NCBI GenBank assembly: GCA_000934665.2 | Contig: JYFJ02003447.1 | Location: 1 to 41,430, forward strand | Direction of reading: 5' to 3' | From: Catajapyx aquilonaris | Taxonomy: Eukaryota | DNA length: 41,430 bases | Shown here: in pieces, positions 37,443-41,430 of the stretch | How the letters are laid out: every line of letters begins with the position of its first letter | Position numbering within the stretch: the first letter of the stretch is position 1 | Notes under the pieces: model-generated | Told to the model about the DNA's origin: nothing | Database searches by the model: none | The model's input: the letters and a program-made list of their open reading frames with translations, nothing else | Program-made: the position numbers and the translations under genes

Positions 37443-37613
37443 CAGGGAGCATATACTACATCAAAGATGGCGGACCCTATTTTTGCCTGTACCCTATTTA
37501 TACCTCGTTGGCGTTGCCCCCACTTCAAAATGGCCGCCAGCCTTGGCAACGCCCCCAAACAGAGAGACGCGGAAATCGAATGTTTGCGCCTCTTATGTAG
37601 TATATGCTCCCTG
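37443..37613. mobile_element. 171-bp MITE with perfect 19-bp TIRs (CA-starting, possibly P-element superfamily)
   Basis: cagggagcatatactacat (37443-37461) / atgtagtatatgctccctg (37595-37613); imperfect flanks ctaatac / ataatat. Confidence 0.8.
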
Positions 37614-37640
37614 ATAATATGGACAAGTACTTAGGTTTCC

Positions 37641-39227
37641 TTACCTTAGGTAACTAAGGTTATGACTGGTTATGACGTAAATGTGACTGACGACATTTGA
37701 TGATTCCAGCCCCTGAATTCCTCCATCAAAATACCTACCGATTCTAACCTTCAGGTCATAAGGCTGCATCTTCTCCTCCAAGTCCTTCTTCATATCAGCA
37801 GTAAGATCCTGACAGAAGATCGTCACATGATAGAGTTCGTCTCCGAAATAATTGAATACTATGGACGACACGGCTGATGGAGACAAGGAAGGGCAGCTCA
37901 GAAATAGTCGTTTCAACTTTCTCATCGGGTTGTTCCGAAGAAGACTGGTCACCTTGGAGTCGTCCAGATGTCTTGATTGCACCAGCCCTAGTTCCTGCAG
38001 GTCAATACAATGCAACAGGAGGTACGTGAGATGTGGTAACTTGAAGTGGTCATCGAAGTCCTTGATGTTGAAGGTCTTCATCTTTCGGAAAGGAGTAAGG
38101 TCCTCTGATGAGAAGGAAACAGTGGATGTTGGTTTGCAAGACGTTATCTTCAAATCACGTATGTTTGGACACCCATTCCCGAATCGGCGAAGGTTCACAT
38201 TGGTACAATGGGTCAGGGTCAGACTCGTAACGTTTGGTAGTAAATGTGGAAATGGGATGTCAGGCTTGAAGTCAATGTCGCTGAGATCCAGCGTTGTCAG
38301 GCATGACTCTTCAAGAAGAGACAGTTGATGGACAGGGGCACCTTTGACCTCCAACTTTTTCAAATTCATCAGCTGGTTTAACAAAGGAATTTCATCGTAC
38401 CCCTCAGAGCAACAGACACTCTCAATATTCGGGAAGTGCTGCACGATATCAGATATTTTTGGGGGCAGAGTAAAAGATCGTGTGTCGTCCCAGATGAAAC
38501 GGTCGAAATAGTTGCTCTCCTTCAATCGGTATGGCCCTTTATATTGAATTCTTCTTTCAGTAGTGCGAGGTAAGAAATAGACTGTCAATTTGTCCAGATG
38601 GGGAACGCAATCGAGGATCTCAGCCATGTCCTGGAAACATTCTCTATTGTTTTGTATTGTGAGGGTCTTCAGATGTTGAAGGCTTCCCAACTTCTCCACC
38701 TGACTCCGAGACATCGCCTGGTAGAAGTGCAGTTCCTCCAGAAGTGGACAGTGCTTCATCAGCAGACCTATTAAGTCCGAATCATCTGGGACCTCAAAGG
38801 AAATGTCCAACGAGAGCAACATGGGAAGATTTGGAAGCTGTCTGGTCAATATTGCCTCTGCTTCTGCCGGTTCGTCAAATATATGCCAACAAATCCCTTT
38901 GACTTCTGTAAGGTTAGACATCGCGTCTAGGTTTTCAAACACTCTTTTAATCATCTCAGGAAGATCCGATTGCCCAAAGTTGATTTTAGTACACTCTGGA
39001 TGTAATGCATCTCGTGAGATGAACCGTATGGTCTTTGTGTCCATCTGAAAAGCATCCTTGACCTTTGACATGTACTGGTTGGCCAAAGACGGTGGGATGA
39101 ATATGACAAATTTGGCTAGTTCTTCCGACCGTCCTCCGTCGATAAGTTTGCAGGTGCTGACTACCATGTCCACAAATTTGTTGAGAGTAACATCCTTCAG
39201 CTGCTGAGGCTGCCTTCTGCGTGGCAT
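37641..39227 (-). CDS. Intracellular RNI-like LRR protein, single coding exon, 528 aa
   Basis: Uninterrupted ORF with LRRs HCPLLEELHF, VPHLDKLTV, FPNIESV, LPNVTSLTLTHC, CPNIRDLKITSC; acceptor tacag|gcactATG just upstream. The stop overlaps a possible donor (ag|gtaag), so the true C-terminus may differ. Confidence 0.85.
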   Translation of the reverse strand: MPRRRQPQQLKDVTLNKFVDMVVSTCKLIDGGRSEELAKFVIFIPPSLANQYMSKVKDAFQMDTKTIRFISRDALHPECTKINFGQSDLPEMIKRVFENLDAMSNLTEVKGICWHIFDEPAEAEAILTRQLPNLPMLLSLDISFEVPDDSDLIGLLMKHCPLLEELHFYQAMSRSQVEKLGSLQHLKTLTIQNNRECFQDMAEILDCVPHLDKLTVYFLPRTTERRIQYKGPYRLKESNYFDRFIWDDTRSFTLPPKISDIVQHFPNIESVCCSEGYDEIPLLNQLMNLKKLEVKGAPVHQLSLLEESCLTTLDLSDIDFKPDIPFPHLLPNVTSLTLTHCTNVNLRRFGNGCPNIRDLKITSCKPTSTVSFSSEDLTPFRKMKTFNIKDFDDHFKLPHLTYLLLHCIDLQELGLVQSRHLDDSKVTSLLRNNPMRKLKRLFLSCPSLSPSAVSSIVFNYFGDELYHVTIFCQDLTADMKKDLEEKMQPYDLKVRIGRYFDGGIQGLESSNVVSHIYVITSHNLSYLR

Positions 39228-39858
39228 AGTGCCTGTACAAACAAAAAAACAAAATAAATAAACTGTAAAATAAACTGAAATATGATAAGATATAGCTGTT
39301 TCACGGTATCAAATAGCTGCTTCGAAGTAGCCGTGACTTCCAAATGCTACCAGCTTATCATCCCTGGATCAATCTTTATGAATGGACCAATATTGCGACC
39401 TACAACGGAGATTCATCCCAAAGATTTTTGTCGTATCATACAGTGTGACAATACACACCTGAATTCCCCTGATGGCTTCAAGTCTTCACCAGGAAATAGT
39501 GCGAATAATGCTGTGACACCTTGTCTCTTCGTCTTCACAGGAGTAGGTCAGGAGCAGCTGTGACGTCGTCGTGGATAGGTGAAGTCAGGCCTCTGGTGAT
39601 GTCATTCGGGCATGCGTAGAAAGGATTCTAGTTTTTTTTTTGTCAACTGTCAATTTATGATATAAGCATCCAATTTTTAGCTATTAATCTGATAAGATAA
39701 CAGTAGATGCTAAGATTTAAGCATTTTAATCACAGCTCGTCGCATACGTTGCCCTTGATAAAATGTATGTTAGTTGTTCGTGCCCAGTGTCTGTTTATCT
39801 GATGATAACGCGCGTTTGAAGTTCATGGCTTCAGTTGCAAGCGTCAGGGTACAGCGCA

Positions 39859-41237
39859 ATGTCACCAATTACGCTACTAGTAGGAGTCACGTTTCTGTCA
39901 ATTACTCAAGCAACAGTGAAGTGTCCCTTACCGGAAAGTTCACTGGATAATTGCAAAGTAACGTAATGCGTTTTTTGAGTCGAACTCTTTAACTAGCTAA
40001 CTGAGTTCATTTCAGTGCCGGCCAATCACCAATCAGAACGATTATGCAAGAGTGATTTGCGAGCATGTCGACGACCGTGAATTTTTCCGAAAGATAACTG
40101 GTGCTCTGCCTAGACTTGAAGGTCTCGAAATTTTCAATTCGACTGTGAGTGGAACCATCGACAGCTCTTTGTTTGGACACCTGCAAGTTCAGGACCTTGT
40201 ACTGGAGGATATCGATTTCTCCAGAGTAGATAAAGAAGCATTTTATGGCATGAAGGATACACTGGAATCTATTACAATTAGTAAGTGTCCATCGATCATA
40301 ACTAGTGTTGTAAAACAGCCGGAAATTTTGACTGCTGTAATAAAACCGCTTTTTTGGGGGGGGGGGGGGGGNGGGAAATAGGATTTCCTTCCAACATAAT
40401 TATTTACTTTTCTCACAATTGCTTGGGCTTTTTATCCACACTATGAAGTTCTTATTACATGCCGTATATGCAATGTTCAGAAAAGTCAAATTATTAATAT
40501 TAATGCCAGATAACGAACCACACTGCATTTTTGGTGGGAAGATATTTTGCCAATGTTTAGTAGAGGGCATTCACAATAATGCAACCTAAATATTTTATGA
40601 AAAACGCCTGCACTTGGTTGATGTAATATGCTATGTCACATATCGAGATTTTTCATAAAATATTCCGGGGCTTTGAAAAAAAAAACAAAAAAACCCGGCC
40701 TTTACAACACTAATTATATAACACAATGTACTACCAGTATGCACACCGGTACACATGGTATATCACACTTTGCAGTTGCATCCCGCATCATGAACTTTCC
40801 TTATGAGATGATACATACCCTCAAGATCTCTCAGCTGCAGTTGCCATACAACCAACTGGTCGAAATCCCCGAAGGAGCTCTGTCTGAACCAAATCAAAAC
40901 CTAATATTACTGGACTTGTCCAACAACAAAATCCGGACAATCGGTCGTCGAGCATTCTCCGGACTCTTGTCCCTCCGGTACCTCTTCCTGGATCAAAACC
41001 ACCTTCAGGAACTGGGTCCTCAGAGATTCCATTTCAACACGAAGCTTGGCAGATCGTTTACTTTTGACGCCAACAACATATCGTGGATAAGTCCTCATGC
41101 TTTCTACAACATTGGACCAGGTTCCCAAATATTCCTGGATGCAAACAATTTGACACACATTCCAGAGGAGACATTCAAGGGATTAATAGGCAGCGCCAGA
41201 ATGCGCGGCTTAGTTAATCTGATGATCTACATTCGTG
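39859..41237 (+). CDS. Secreted or membrane LRR protein, copy B (3' exon beyond the window)
   Basis: Exons 39859-39957, 40016-40280, 40776-41237, with the same intron positions and phases as 33069-34287. MSPITLLVGVTFLSITQA signal peptide; LILLDLSNNKIRTIGRRAFSGL. Confidence 0.85.
40303..40712. mobile_element. hAT-like MITE in intron 2 of LRR copy B (contains an assembly N)
   Basis: 12-bp TIRs tagtgttgtaaa / tttacaacacta; degenerate TSD atcataac / att(at)ataac; absent from the 55-nt paralogous intron 33484-33538. Confidence 0.75.
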
Positions 41238-41430
41238 GTAGATATTCTCATAATAATTTTTTTTATTTTTTTTTATTTTCTTTACCCCGGTGGGCTGTAC
41301 ATAAAGCCTTTGGGGGGAGACGTACCGACAGCGTGTTAATTACCCATAAAAAGAAAGAGAGACATATATCAATACATCGTGAAGTGAATACGCTTGACCA
41401 CATTAATTAGAAAATTCTGCAAATTATAGT

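Overview
Eukaryotic, intron-containing genomic DNA from a protostome animal, most likely an arthropod (inferred from divergent ionotropic receptors and many 50-75 nt GT-AG introns). Gene order: (1) an intracellular RNI-like LRR gene with an acidic tail (+, ~338-2835); (2) a tandem pair of intronless divergent ionotropic receptors (IRs), the second with a single in-frame TGA at a Cys codon and an otherwise open frame, separated by a decayed MULE/SWIM transposase fragment; (3) a ZDHHC5/8 palmitoyltransferase (8 coding exons, C-terminal EISV); (4) a ~1.9 kb head-to-head, foldback-like satellite array that superficially resembles a CRISPR array; (5) GRK2/3 (Gprk1, 9 coding exons); (6) a rearranged duplicated cluster with two secreted/membrane LRR genes (+), an intact and an internally deleted copy of the intracellular LRR family (-), and a Harbinger-type Myb/SANT gene inserted in the first intron of the dead copy. 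Several MITEs and minisatellites are present. Three N positions in poly-G runs (6510, 23879, 40372) probably mark assembly joins. Exon boundaries were read by eye from GT-AG sites and frame continuity; no database searches were run.
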